Source of the DNA: Trichoplax adhaerens
Taxonomy: Eukaryota; Animalia; Placozoa
DNA length: 64,000 bases
Direction of reading: 5' to 3'
Assembly (NCBI RefSeq): GCF_000150275.1
Contig: NW_002060947.1
Coordinates: forward strand, 5,056,267 to 5,120,266
Under the pieces are notes generated by a model. The model saw only the letters and a program-made list of their open reading frames with translations, did no database searches and had not been told where the DNA came from. A program made the position numbers and the translations under genes. This document shows positions 39,198 to 52,421 of this stretch, piece by piece. Numbering within the stretch: the stretch's first letter is position 1; every line of letters starts with the position of its first letter.

Positions 39198-40133
39198 TCA
39201 AAGCGATCTAAACTTTCGAAGAATAGCTCCGGACTTCTCTCTTATGTTGCCATCAAATCTTAAATATAGCAATGGATTAACTACACTAATGGCCGTTGTT
39301 GTAGCAAATGATACAAATATCAATGCATATAATATATCACTAGTTTTCTTAACATCTAGTAAAGATTTTTGAGATATCGCTAAAGCAATGCTTGAGACCC
39401 AAAATGGCCAAGTTACTAGCGAGCTTACACTTGCAATAGTAATAAATGCTTTGGTGTATTTTTTCTTTTGTAATCGTAGTTGCTGCAACTGCTCCCGGAA
39501 TGATTCACCAGGTTGTACATGGCCTCGCATGTAAATAATTATTCTGCTATAACAAACTATCAAAACAATTCCAGGAATAAAATAAAAGACCACAGCAGCA
39601 GTTACAAAGTAAAATGCTACTAATTGGGTTACTGATGGAATATCACACAATTTAACATCGCTAGGGTAGACAGTAGCAATAAAAAGGGATGGTATTGCTA
39701 CTAATATTGCTACGCAACAAATTATCATTTCAGCTAAGACCAACACTCTGATCTTATGAACACGATAGAATTGAGAGAGTGGTCTCATAATAGCCATATA
39801 TCGATCTGCACTTACCAAACTTATGGTTAAAATACTAATACCATAGGAAAATAAAATAGTAAAAACTGACATCTTACATAACATATTACCCAAATTAAAA
39901 CTAATATTGCCAGTAATTGATATAGAATAACTAATTACCGACGTAACGTTAGAAATAATATCAGAAATGACGCACACTCGAACTAAATAGTAACTCGTCT
40001 TAAAAAATATTTTATCGCTTAATAAGATATAGAACATGTAAATATTAGCCAATAAACCAAGAATAGAAAGTGGTACAGCGGCTGCGTGGGCAACATTAAT
40101 CAACCATGCAGTATCAGGCTTAGAATTGTTCAT
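39198..40133 (-). CDS. Intronless class A (rhodopsin-like) orphan GPCR, 311 aa
   Basis: Seven hydrophobic segments with GLLAN (TM1), ISD (TM2), ADRY (TM3), YFIP (TM5), TWPF (TM6) and NPLLY (TM7). Confidence 0.93.
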   Translation of the reverse strand: MNNSKPDTAWLINVAHAAAVPLSILGLLANIYMFYILLSDKIFFKTSYYLVRVCVISDIISNVTSVISYSISITGNISFNLGNMLCKMSVFTILFSYGISILTISLVSADRYMAIMRPLSQFYRVHKIRVLVLAEMIICCVAILVAIPSLFIATVYPSDVKLCDIPSVTQLVAFYFVTAAVVFYFIPGIVLIVCYSRIIIYMRGHVQPGESFREQLQQLRLQKKKYTKAFITIASVSSLVTWPFWVSSIALAISQKSLLDVKKTSDILYALIFVSFATTTAISVVNPLLYLRFDGNIREKSGAILRKFRSL

Positions 40134-43100
40134 TATATATATTCACAAAAATTGACATCATTCTGTAATAGAAGAATACCATTATTATTAATGATTTATT
40201 TTAGGCGTATCAAATCATGGTCCTGCATGAACGAGAAACTACCATGATATTCGCGGCTAAAGCATACTGAACTTAGTAATCTCATAAGAAGTTAGAAGTT
40301 AGATAATGCGATAGAATACGGTATATTACGAAAAGACGAGCGAATATATCCTGGAAATTATGTAAAGAACAGTCTAAAAATAATTCCGATAAATCTACAG
40401 TAAAAGCAATCTGAAGCGTACTTAAATCTGGGTGGAGTTAGCGATCAACGCAGAAACATTCCTTAAAAACAGTACAGTAATCAGATGGATCTAATACTGA
40501 ATCTCTCCTGCGACAGTTACAAAATTTTGTATAAGCTATCGAATGAAAATTCTTAGCATCATATGAAACGAATGATAAATAAAAATCCTTAAGTGCAGAT
40601 TTGATTTTGATAAAAGTAGTTTTCAGCTCCGAATATAATACTGTACTAAGGTATTCTAAGTTTCTAACCAAGATAGTTTTTAAAGTTCATCATGAATTTA
40701 TAAGGCTATTTAGTAACATAGGATCATAGAATATCAGAATATTGATTTTATCAGGGGTCTTTATTTGTGTTCAGGTATACTAGTTATTAAATAAAAGTCG
40801 AATCATTAGCTTAGAAATTGTACGATCGTGAATATATAAGCTATTTTCTTGTCAATTGGAAGGCTATGCCACTTTACTATCCAAACTTGATTGCTTAATT
40901 ATTACTAGTAGCATTCAATTTTATATGAATATAAAACTCAGTGCAGACTAAAGAATTTATGAAAGTCAGAATCGTAGCTTCATGAAAATAAGTATAACAG
41001 AGGCTGTAAAAATCAAGAAATAAACTGAATATTTTAGAGCACGAGGCATAATAAGGTAATCTATATTTAATGATTATGATATGTTTATTAATAGTAACAA
41101 GAAGGCTCCATTTATTTAATAGGCAAACTTTTTATTTAAACTTGAAAATTAAAATTTTAACTTTATTATGTATGAGAAATAGCTAGTGAAATTAATAACC
41201 TTTTTCTTGTTTGCATCAAAGTAGATTTAATATTTAATAAACGGTAAAATCTTATCGAGCTGATTTAAAAATTTTCTCATATATAATAGAAATTGATTAG
41301 GGAATGGGATAATTAGCCCCTCTATCTCTCGTGTTTGTCATTTAGTTATTATTGCTTGAGATTTTCATATCGGAAAACGATGCACTGTGAAACTTTGCTC
41401 ATTTTAAAAGTCGATTGTTGAAGATTGTAAACTATGACTAAATATAACTTACATCAGCTTAAAGATTTTATCGCTTGGGTTTACATCGTTAATGTTAGAA
41501 AATTCGCGGTTGTATAAGAAATCGTATTTTTTAATTAGTATCTATTTCTTAAGAAGAATTAACCTATGAAATATCGTAGTCTTTATATATCTAAGCATAA
41601 ATGATGTACAGGTTCTTAAATGACGGTACCTTTGTGAATTCATCTACTGTAATCCTAACAGAGTTAGTAATTGAGAAATTATAATACATGATGTAATGAA
41701 GGAATGAATAAAGATTTGAGAAAAAAGCATAAATACGCTAAGATTCCTTTATAAACCTACAGCAACGAGCACTACAATGGTCCATTTCTATGATAAAATA
41801 GCATTCTTCGTCTGGTTAGTAATAGAGCCAGGCAATTTAGCCAAAATAAAGACTCCTATCACGATAGAATATACCAAATTAACGCACTAGATTAAAACAA
41901 AATTCTCAAATAAGTTAATAATGACCAGCGGGATTTATTCCTGTTAGCAAGTTACTATTGATATAATTGATAAATAATTTAACAAATTATATACCTAGCA
42001 ATGAAATAAGTATGCCATTTAAGGAATCATTCCTAGGACAAGATTAGCTAAAAGTGAATAATAAACAGCAACTATAGTCTGATTTATATTACATCAATTA
42101 CAATAAAATGATGACGTTTGATATACAATATTTGCTATTAAAGCATTAATTAAAGCATTAACAGCCAATACGTATTGACAATTTGTTAAATTGTTTATAT
42201 CAGATATTGACGGGTTATGATCTAGTAAAGAGTATTATAATAGTTTGTTACGTAAATTATACCTATTATCTGCTATTTTTTATAATTTCTATGATACAGG
42301 ACTGCGTAAATAAGCGAATGGTAATTTTATATACGTGTAACGTTCTAGATGGGCTTTCATAGAATTAGCCTGAAAATTGAAATATACAGTATTTTAACTC
42401 TTCCCCGGCATACTTAATAGATATTCGTATTTTATATGTATAAAGTAATATACATTATATTGTAATTATTCGCTATCTCATAGTCCTTAGTTATCGATAT
42501 AAATCTATAAAATAAATATTCGGGCCGTTTGGTCCTGTCGAAGACCACTTCCTGACAAACTTACTGGGTCTAACATGTCGTAGTTACTTTGAGTTGTTTC
42601 TATAGTTTAATATCCTAATCTGTGACAAGATCTTGTAAGGATATAGTACTGCTACTATAACGCCCAAGTACTATCTTCTAAAGACTCGCAAACACTATAT
42701 ACAATACTATAATCTGTAATACAATTTTATTAAATGAACTCTCTAATGCTATCTAGCAAGATAAAATTAAATGAATTAGATCTTATTGCCTTGGTATTTT
42801 CCATAATCTACCCAACAGAATATCAAACATAAACTTTTGATAAAGTAGCAGATGCATTTACTTAACTAAAATTATTAAAACTATATATCACTGCAAATGC
42901 ACTTGATTATATACGTACATACTGCAAATGTGCAAACAAAAATTAATTAAATTTATGATGAAATTCAATCAAATTATAGACTTAGTCTTCTTCTTGGTGA
43001 TATTATTTGCAGCTTTATTAGACAATTTCGAAATAAAAGTCTATGACCCTCAACATAGTGTAATGAAATGAAAAGTGTAGAGATCAAGCTGCAAAACTAT

Positions 43101-46100
43101 AATAAACTTTGATTCTACTTTCGTTGCATTCCGGTCGACTTAACGAAACTTTGACACCAAATAAAATTTGGGGAAATAATCGAACAACAATTTATCACGA
43201 AAAATCGGAGAAGTATAAACCGAATAACCTTACAAATACTTAACTTTAAGTATTAATAAAATAGGTGACAGACTTAAAGACTGTCAACAACCAAATAACC
43301 TTTCAAAAAGAAGAACGTTTTTAACTTACGACAATTCGACCCCGAAGGCCTTTTAAATTCAACAAATTCTTCAAAAGAATCTTCTTCTACTCTCCCTCTA
43401 ATTTTCTAATTGCACTATCATTTATAGGCTTCGTAGAGCCGTCAGAGGTATTTAAAACTTAACATTTACTAACCAATCGCTCTTAGATTCGTTTTAGAAA
43501 ACTACTTTGCACCATTTAAGAAAACAAAAATCATTCAAAGTTCAGACACAATTTACCCTATGATTCCCTTACAAACACTATAAACCAACAAGTTAACTAT
43601 AAAATACACCAAACTTCACTTCTAACATAATTTCTATCATTAATACATTATAAAAGTCTAAGAATCAACCTTTAAACATCAAGATTTAATCGTAAAAATA
43701 ATAGTCTAACTACTTAACAATCAACACAACCTCTACCAATTTCCATCTTATTTTCTGTTTTCTTAGCTAAACTTTCCTAATGTGACTTTCATGTCACGTT
43801 ATAAAGTTCCAAAATTTCAAATTCACAACAAAAAGTTCAAATTTCAAAAATCGACTCCTACGATATTTTTCATAAACTAAAATCCAAAAATTAATACCGA
43901 AAAATTAAAACAGATAAATTAATACAGGAAAATTATATCGGACATAAATCCGACCGGTTCCGAAATCCCAATCCGAAAAATCCGGATTTTATAAAGATCA
44001 CAGTAATCGCTTATCAAGAAATTTTATATGACTACTACGACTACTTTTTTTACATTAGTATCGCTTAGTATTGACAGTTGATGTTTTAGCATCAGGTTGT
44101 ACGGTAACTGTACGATTATAGAATACATTACAGTACTTTACTGTCATGTTATAAATCCCCTTTCTCTATGGATAGGGTTTTGTTACGAAATCAAATTCAT
44201 TTACAATTTGAATAGACGATCAAACGCCCTTTCTTTAGATTAGGCAATTGCTCTAGGGCTACTTCTATAGTAATCTATGTAATAGCTTGTAAAATAATGA
44301 AGAAGAAAAGATGGCGACATGATGATTTGGCAGGGTAAAACTTGAAGACACTATCACTTTATAAGTATTTCTATAGTAAAATACTACTAGTTACATACTA
44401 AAAGCTATAAAGGACTCTGCTTTTAGTCCTTTACTACAATAGGTTCAAATTTTATTTATTAAAGCATTCATTCATCTAGCCCATAACATTGCCCAAATAT
44501 TGAATTTTTATGATTGCATGGTTAGACTGTTCACCTAATTATCCAATTAATACGAACACAAATCATGTTTCCAAGACTGCGTGAACTATGCCATATGGCG
44601 GAAATGTAGCAATAAAGAAATTCCAATTCTAAAATGATGAACTTATTAGAAGATATATTGATAATTTCATATATGTGATCGATTGCTAAAACTGTTGCAA
44701 AAACAAATGTTTATATATATATTGTGGCTCCACTAGAATTAGGAGTATAAGTTCAATTATGCTGTGCCCTTATATCCAAATAATGGTTAATTAGGTGCAA
44801 TTAAAATTTAGCATAAGGGACTTTATAGCCAGTAAGTCAATTTATTTAATAGCAATTATCATATATTTAGCAGACACAACAATGCCTTTTATAAATATAG
44901 CTGTATATCATCTTTTCGTATCTATTTAACCAATCGTTACAGATATTACAGTAAAATGTATTATTCTCTATTATATGGATTACCCATCATTTGGATATTT
45001 TATAATGTTCTGATGTTTTAATTGGCTTCCTTACACTGATTCTCAAATCATAAAATAACATACCTTACTTGGAGCCATTTGTCAGGTATCATCTAAATTT
45101 GAAATAGAATAGCTATCATTTAACTAGATGTAACTGCAAGCCTGTTCCACATGCTTTTGTATTGAAGAAACCTTTATAATTAACCCGTATTCTAGTCCTT
45201 TACATCCTTAATTAAAAATTTTGAAGACTAATAGAACAAGCATAATATATCCAATTTATTTAATTTATCTAACTAAATTACCTCCTCGAAGCATTAATAC
45301 AATTCGAACTTTGATAACGAATAAGATAGTAACAAATGTCTATTTGCAGTTTATTCGCTTAACCGACTTGCCTTAGAGCTAGGTTTCAGAATTTGTCAAC
45401 TATTAGAACATGTACATTGTTTGTGCGTATTTTGAACTTTCTTGAGCCCTCAATGCCACACATATTTTATTATCATCCCCAATTAATTGAAAGGCTATAC
45501 TACGAAATATCAATTTCTGCATAGTCTGGTTATCTACCTAGCTTTCCCAGAGTATTATTTTAACCATGGTTGTTTCTCAAGAAATATTTTTAGAGCTATC
45601 TGAGTAAGTAGACTTTAAAGTTATCTAAAGGTCCATCAAAACTCTGCAGCAAGTCATAAATCATTATAAATACACAAAATCAACTTAAATAATTTACATT
45701 TTGTGAGAATCAAGTACAAGCAGTCGATATCATATTACCAATTCAGTTAAAGGACAGCGATTAATGATATAATAAAACGAAAGCGAAAGATTTGCGAAGT
45801 CTATCAGAAATTTTCTCGTATGTGGCCAACAACTAAGACAATATCGACGTAACACAATTTGTAAAATTATTACTATTTGCTGCTAGCACTTCGTAAAATA
45901 AGCCTGAAGTAATACTTGTTTGCTTCTTTCTAAATTAAATGTTAGTACGATTACATTATATTTTATTAGATCGATAAATTAGATACTATTTCAAAATATG
46001 ATATGAGTTTGATTACGAACTTATACCTTTGAAATTTTTGGAAGCTGTCCAGTTTTTTTATTCTAAAACTATCACAAAGATAAACTGTGCTAATTATTAC

Positions 46101-46694
46101 TGAAGTAGATTATAAAAGTAAATGCTACGCAGACCACTTCTGTCTAATGTCCTTAAATGATTTCTGCGTAAAATCTACACTGTATCTAACATGGCTATCC
46201 TAAGCGGCAAGTTATCGACGGGTATGCCACTGCAATAATTGGTAAAGTGAGGTTAAGTTTTCGCATTGTTAAATTTTGAATTTTTCTATAAGAAAAATAT
46301 TGCAGGCTTAACATAATTTTTAAATACTTCGGCATGAATAAATGTCAGAGCGATAACCGGTGTTGTATGTAAAACTATCAAGATACATAGCTGTAATAAA
46401 GTGTCTTACAGTAACTGTCTTAGTCAAATAGTTTTCTCTAAAATGCTTTTATTACAAGGTTTTAGGAATAGTAGAGCAATGATTAATTACTACAAGAATC
46501 TAGTCCAAAATTTGCAGTATTCCGAGCTCAAAGTGGAGTGAAGTCTCTTTTTTCTATATACTGTAAGATCATCTCCGCAGTTCTTAGATATTTTAGCAAA
46601 GTCCATTTATGATAACTTAATTAATCTACAATTAGGCTTGAGTCATCAAGCAGAATACTTTCCTAAAATAGGACATCATTATCTTCTACTTTCC

Positions 46695-47665
46695 TTAAAT
46701 TGATGGATTATAATAGTCATTGGTATTAGTTGACCTCTTAAGTAGAACCATTAATTTTTTCTGATATTGCTATCAAATTTAAATATAGAAACGGATCAAC
46801 AACTTTAATTGCGGTGGTAACAGCGAATGATACACGTGCTAAAAAAATACCAGAGTAAACCTAACTGGCGAACTTGGCGCAATGATTTGGTGTAATTGCC
46901 ATACCTATACTTGTCGCCCAAATGGCCAGATAGTTAATACACGCACGAACGCTGCTGTGATTGACATCGTGGATTGAATAACTTTTCGCTTTATTAAATT
47001 TTGTTCGGCTGTCTGCTGAAGTTGTGAACCAGGCTTAATATAATTTTTTATGTGAAATTTAATTTTATTGTATACTGCTATAAGAAATATTACTGGTATA
47101 AAATATAAAACAACCGAGTTTACGATAAAGTAGAGGGCAGTTACTGAATTTGCGGTTGGAAAATCACAAAATATTGTTTCATCCGGATATGTACCTACAA
47201 ACATTAAAGCCGGCACTGCCATACTAAGCGATATACAGCAAGCCACTATTTGTAATAGTAATATGAGACGTTTTTTATTTCGACGATAGAATCCAGACAT
47301 TGGTTTAACAATCGCAATATAACGATCGATACTTATAATCTATAATATCATAATCGATATACCGTGCGATATCAAAATGATGAAATTAAACTCGCGATAA
47401 AGTATTATACCACGGTGGAATTGGACTTGTGATACGGATCCTATAATGAACGCTATACTAGATGCACTTGTAGATGCGATATAGGATAGAATAAAGGAAC
47501 GTATTAGATAATAAGTCGTCTTACGAAAATTTCCATCAGAGATAAGAATATAAAGAATGAATAAATTCGCTATTAGCCAATAGTAGTCATCGGGATAGCG
47601 GATAGATACGTTATGCCTCTAAATAATACGTAATCGATAGTGCTATTTTCGCTCGATTTGTTCAT
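46695..47665 (-). pseudogene. Frameshifted class A GPCR pseudogene, paralogue of the neighbouring receptors
   Basis: MNKSSENSTIDYVLF...IG[fs]IANLFILYILISDGNFRKTTYYLIRSFILSYI...ISIDRYIAIVKPMSGFY...YFIP...TIWPF, with further frameshifts around TM6/TM7 (VDPFLY). Confidence 0.85.
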
Positions 47666-48776
47666 GATGGAATCAATCTTGATCAAAATCAATGTAGAAT
47701 AAATTAAATAAGCATGAAGATAAAGATAGCAAGATGGATCTTGTCGACAGTATAACTCTAGACTAAAGTAATTGAAAATGTTTCTCTATCTTGATCATAA
47801 TACAAATAAACGAATTCAATAAACGTCTCCGTACAAGCTTTTAACGAGAATTTGGATATCAAATCCAAATGTTAAAACGATAATCAATCGATGGGTTTCT
47901 TCTGAAAGTATTTATAAATAATTTACCAGCAAATGTCTTGTAGATAAATCTTAAGTCATGATCAAGTAAATAGGATAAATATTTGTAGAATTTAATATAG
48001 TACGCGTATGTAAGATTTTTTTGGATTAGAAAATAAAGGAGATATAACTATTTGAAAAGCCGATTGTTGTTGGTAAAGCATAGCCTGCAAATTACCCCTT
48101 TACTTAGTTCAAATACAATAAATTACCGAATGATGGAACTCCTTAAATAGATAAAAGAATAAAACTCTATAATAAGCAACATTAAAAATTGATACAGGAT
48201 TTATGCAACCTTGGCAAGACATTTTTGATACGATAACATTGAGTTACGTTATTGCAATAAATCTATTTAAGAATTGCTATATCTAATATTAAATTTTAAT
48301 ACATTATCTACATCAATAGCAGATAAGTAGAGGATGGGTTAGGTAGTCATCCTAGTATGATAGATGAGTCGTCTAATTTACCGTCTTAACAACGTTATTT
48401 TGTAAATACGTGCTTCCGTTCATCATTTAGACAATAAAGTGTATGCGTAGGCAATATGTTGTTGAACTGAGAAAACGTAATATTGGTAGAAATTCTTTGA
48501 AAAAAATGAAAATAATATTGATATTTCTGGAGCTATTCGTTATTAATTATAATGGAGCATGATGTTAAAAACAGAATTTTTAATATTACTACAGTATATT
48601 TGATCCAGTTCAGCGTATTAAATATTTTTTTACAATCAATTTTAAGAATTGAGTGCTTTAAGTTAATTTTTCTGTAACTTAGTGAGTTGAAAACATTCAC
48701 TCCGGATATTCAGTTTTTAAAGGTGCGTATAACTCCAAGTCACATTATAACTCTATTGATAAAAGTTAGCGTGATG

Positions 48777-49407
48777 TTGTCACAAAACAGCTTCGCAACA
48801 AGATAACGTAATGTACGATCAGTAAGCCAATTCCTTGAGTCACGTATCAAAGAACGATATCTGCACTATCAGAAACACTTTTGCTATACTAGCAGACTAC
48901 ACAAAGACTTAAAACGCCTCGTATTTTACATTAAACACTAAGTTTAAGAATCCACGTTATTACACGATATACTACATTTATATACCATTCCTCAATAGTT
49001 TATGAGCCATAGTTAGTACGATTAACTTTGGAATCATTCACTGAATTAGATATTAATTTTAGCTACTGCTCCCTTAATCCAGACAACAGTACTTACGAAC
49101 ATAGACATCTGATGACTAATACAGAATAGTCAGATTACGATTTGTCCTATCACGGGACATTTCCACAATAATTTACAATCTACCATAAGTAAGTTACAAT
49201 CACAATGATTCGAACTGTAAGTAGATGATTTGCATTCCCTATTATAACTATTAATTTCAGTATGTGTATATGTATCACTGTCATAAAAAGTCAGTGCTAT
49301 ATTAAAACACAGTATATCCAAATTAGGAGTTAAATAAATAAGGATAGGCTAACAGAATTATCTTAATATAGATACTTCCTACTCTAATACAGTATATAAC
49401 ACTGTCA
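48777..49407 (+). repeat. ~630-bp dispersed direct repeat, copy 1
   Basis: Colinear and highly similar to 61310-61936, from TTGTCRCAAAACAGCTTYGCAACAAGATAACG to CTCTAATACAGTATWTAAYACTGTCA. Confidence 0.93.
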
Positions 49408-51380
49408 AAGATGTGTACTAATTGTATGAATTTTGTTACGATCCATAGCTAAACGAAAAGTCATCACAAAAGATATGGATAATCTTGACGTACCTACTGA
49501 AAGCGTAATTGTATTAGAACATAAACTACTACCAGAAAGTACGCAAAAAATAAAATACCAATTATACCAACAACTTGGGTAGTATCGATCGATTTTTAGG
49601 ATTTTTAGGTGATAAATTAAGAATTATCCCCGATAATAGCATGTTACATTGAGTGAAGCGTAAAATTCTTTATATTGTCTTTCGAAATACTGAAATTTGA
49701 CAGAACTATAACTTCAGCAGTACTTTTCGCTCGGGTATTTCAATATAATTTGAAAAAGTAAGGTAATTCATTATGCTACCTACCGGAAATTGTTTATGAC
49801 TTCACGAAGTAAGATAAGCTCAGATTTAAATATCTGATACCGATTGTGGTGTTAAAAAATCATAATCTATGCAGATATTCCACATTACGCCTTTTAAATT
49901 TTTGTAGGTATGCAATTATTATAGTTAAACTAAAAATGTTATATTATCAACGGAATAAATTTTTTAACCTAATTAGGAAGTATTACCTAATCAGTTTAGC
50001 AAAACTTAGACAAGACAATAGCTAGGTTGCTTATAAATTGGCTTTTGTAGGATACCATAAATGTTGAAAGAGAATATCTTGGCAGCTAGTCTCTAAAAGG
50101 GGAAATTTACTATTATCAGAATATATATCGTACAATGAAAAGTTCTGGGCTGGATAAGAGTGCTCAGTCAGTTTCAGAAGCAAGAGTTTATGAGTTGCAT
50201 ATTATATAGATTATTGTTTTTATGTTGCTAATTAATCTTAATCTACAGTTTATCTGAGGTACTGTATTTTAAATTTGTGTTTGTTATGAAAGTCCATAAC
50301 GAAATCTTAGCAAATTTACAGTTCGGATCAAGTGTCATTAATATGACATGAAATCATCTAGGGGTTATAATAAATGAAGGGATAAATATCTTGTCTAATG
50401 CATCTTAAATGCCTTTATCATCCATTTAGATCTTGCAAATAGCAGAAATATCTTATCTAACGCATCTTTTCCCTTTATTATGAATTTAGTCGTTACCAAT
50501 AGCTGAAATGATATAATTCATTACATTTTTTTAACGTTCGTAAGGGAGATTAAGAGAGTGATAACGACTTTACCGCAAACAAATATTTAGTGAATGAATA
50601 AAATTTCGTTCTCATTCTACTTTTGTGACATAATAAACGTGTATAGAATTGAAACGCTATTTCCACTTCCTTCATTTGTACGAAAAAACCTTCAGTATCA
50701 TACGTAAAATAGTTGTATTTACCATGTTTGTCAGCGATATTTTCTATAATTCAAGTATCAAATCAGTAGACGAAATTACAAACTATAACTATTATCATAA
50801 TTTTCGGTAATATAACTATAAGTACCCTTTAATTAAATCAGGCAATGAGGAAGATATCCTTTTTTTTAGATTTCTTGATGAAAGAGTATGAAAGAGCTTG
50901 ATTACTGTTTCAAGGGGTTTAAATATTTTCTGTAACCTAATTAAAGAATTTTACGGAAGTGATCTGCCTGATATTTGCCATGGCTATCTTAATTAACTTT
51001 GTTAATATAAGAAGACCGAAAAAATATACAGTATGTACGTATGTCACTGCTACGAAAGAAACCAATAAGCATTCGCTCATTTGATGGAATATTTTTTACA
51101 TAATTATTACTGTCGAATTTTGATGTAACACCAGATATTCAAAAGATAATTGTAAAGACATTTGTTTCAATTAAAGTTGTAACAATGCTTTTACTGTTGA
51201 CATCAATGCGCTCATAAGAGGATGCGATATATGATGTTTCATGAGAGAATTACGCATTACACAATGCTTTCAATGTGTCTATCGATTTGACTTCAAATAA
51301 AAATTAAATGATAACAATATTTTCTATTTAAGTAAGCTATTAAAGACATTAAAACATTTTTGGACTAGATTAGACTAAGC

Positions 51381-52421
51381 ATGAATAATTCGTGTAAGAA
51401 TTCTTGCTCTACAACATATTACCTTTCTTTAATCATCTATCGATATCTTTGCTTGGGCGGTATTCCTCTGTCGTTGTTCGGATTAATAGCAAATTCACTG
51501 ATACTATTTATATTATTCAGTGAAAGCTACTTTTACAAAATCACGTACTACCTAATTCGTGTATCTGTTATATCAGACATATTAACTACGTTGGCAACAT
51601 TAGTTATCTATATTACTGCATACAATTATAAAATAGATGAATATGCTGGTACATTTATTTGTCGAATAGGATTTTTCGTTGGCTTTACTTCATATGGTAT
51701 ATCGATGATGAATTTGGGTCTTATTGCAATTGATCGCTATTATATAATTGTGAGATCGATATCTCCACTTTACCGTCAATATCAGCGACGACTACTGATT
51801 TTTGGACAAGTAGCGGTTTGTCTAATGGTAATTTCTACCACAGTGCCCGTACTAAAATATCTTGAAGTTAACAGTAAATTAGCGTTGCTGTGCGATGTAC
51901 CAGTGATTTCTATTTCTGAAGCCATCTATTTTTCATTTTTAGTTGTTATTATCTATTTTATTCCTGTGATATTCATTTTTATTACTTATTGGAAGATTAT
52001 TAATAATCGCATCAATTATCAGCGACCAGGACATATGTCGCTGGAACAACGAAAAAGCAATGAATTAAAGAATAGAAAATTTGTCAAGATGTTAATTAGC
52101 ATAACGTTATCTTATATCCTAACGACTTGGCCGTTTTTTGTAACAATCATAGGATTAATGATAACGCAAAGATCTCTTCGGCAACTAGCCTATAGTCATC
52201 TCGATTATTTCATACTGTCTACCGTATCTATTACAGCTACGACTGGTATTACTGTAATCAATCCACTTATATACATTCGATTTGATTCAAATATACGTAA
52301 AAAGACTATGGCTAAATTTAAGAAATTACAAATCTTCGCTACTGATACTGAGAATCTTTCAAACTTAAGAAGTACTGGAACGAATAATAGTATAAAATAT
52401 AACAATTTTTTGAAATCTTAG
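51381..52421 (+). CDS. Intronless class A orphan GPCR, 346 aa
   Basis: GLIAN, ISD, IDRY, YFIP, TWPF and NPLIY motifs; 7TM pattern; clear paralogue of 39198-40133. Confidence 0.93.
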   Translation: MNNSCKNSCSTTYYLSLIIYRYLCLGGIPLSLFGLIANSLILFILFSESYFYKITYYLIRVSVISDILTTLATLVIYITAYNYKIDEYAGTFICRIGFFVGFTSYGISMMNLGLIAIDRYYIIVRSISPLYRQYQRRLLIFGQVAVCLMVISTTVPVLKYLEVNSKLALLCDVPVISISEAIYFSFLVVIIYFIPVIFIFITYWKIINNRINYQRPGHMSLEQRKSNELKNRKFVKMLISITLSYILTTWPFFVTIIGLMITQRSLRQLAYSHLDYFILSTVSITATTGITVINPLIYIRFDSNIRKKTMAKFKKLQIFATDTENLSNLRSTGTNNSIKYNNFLKS

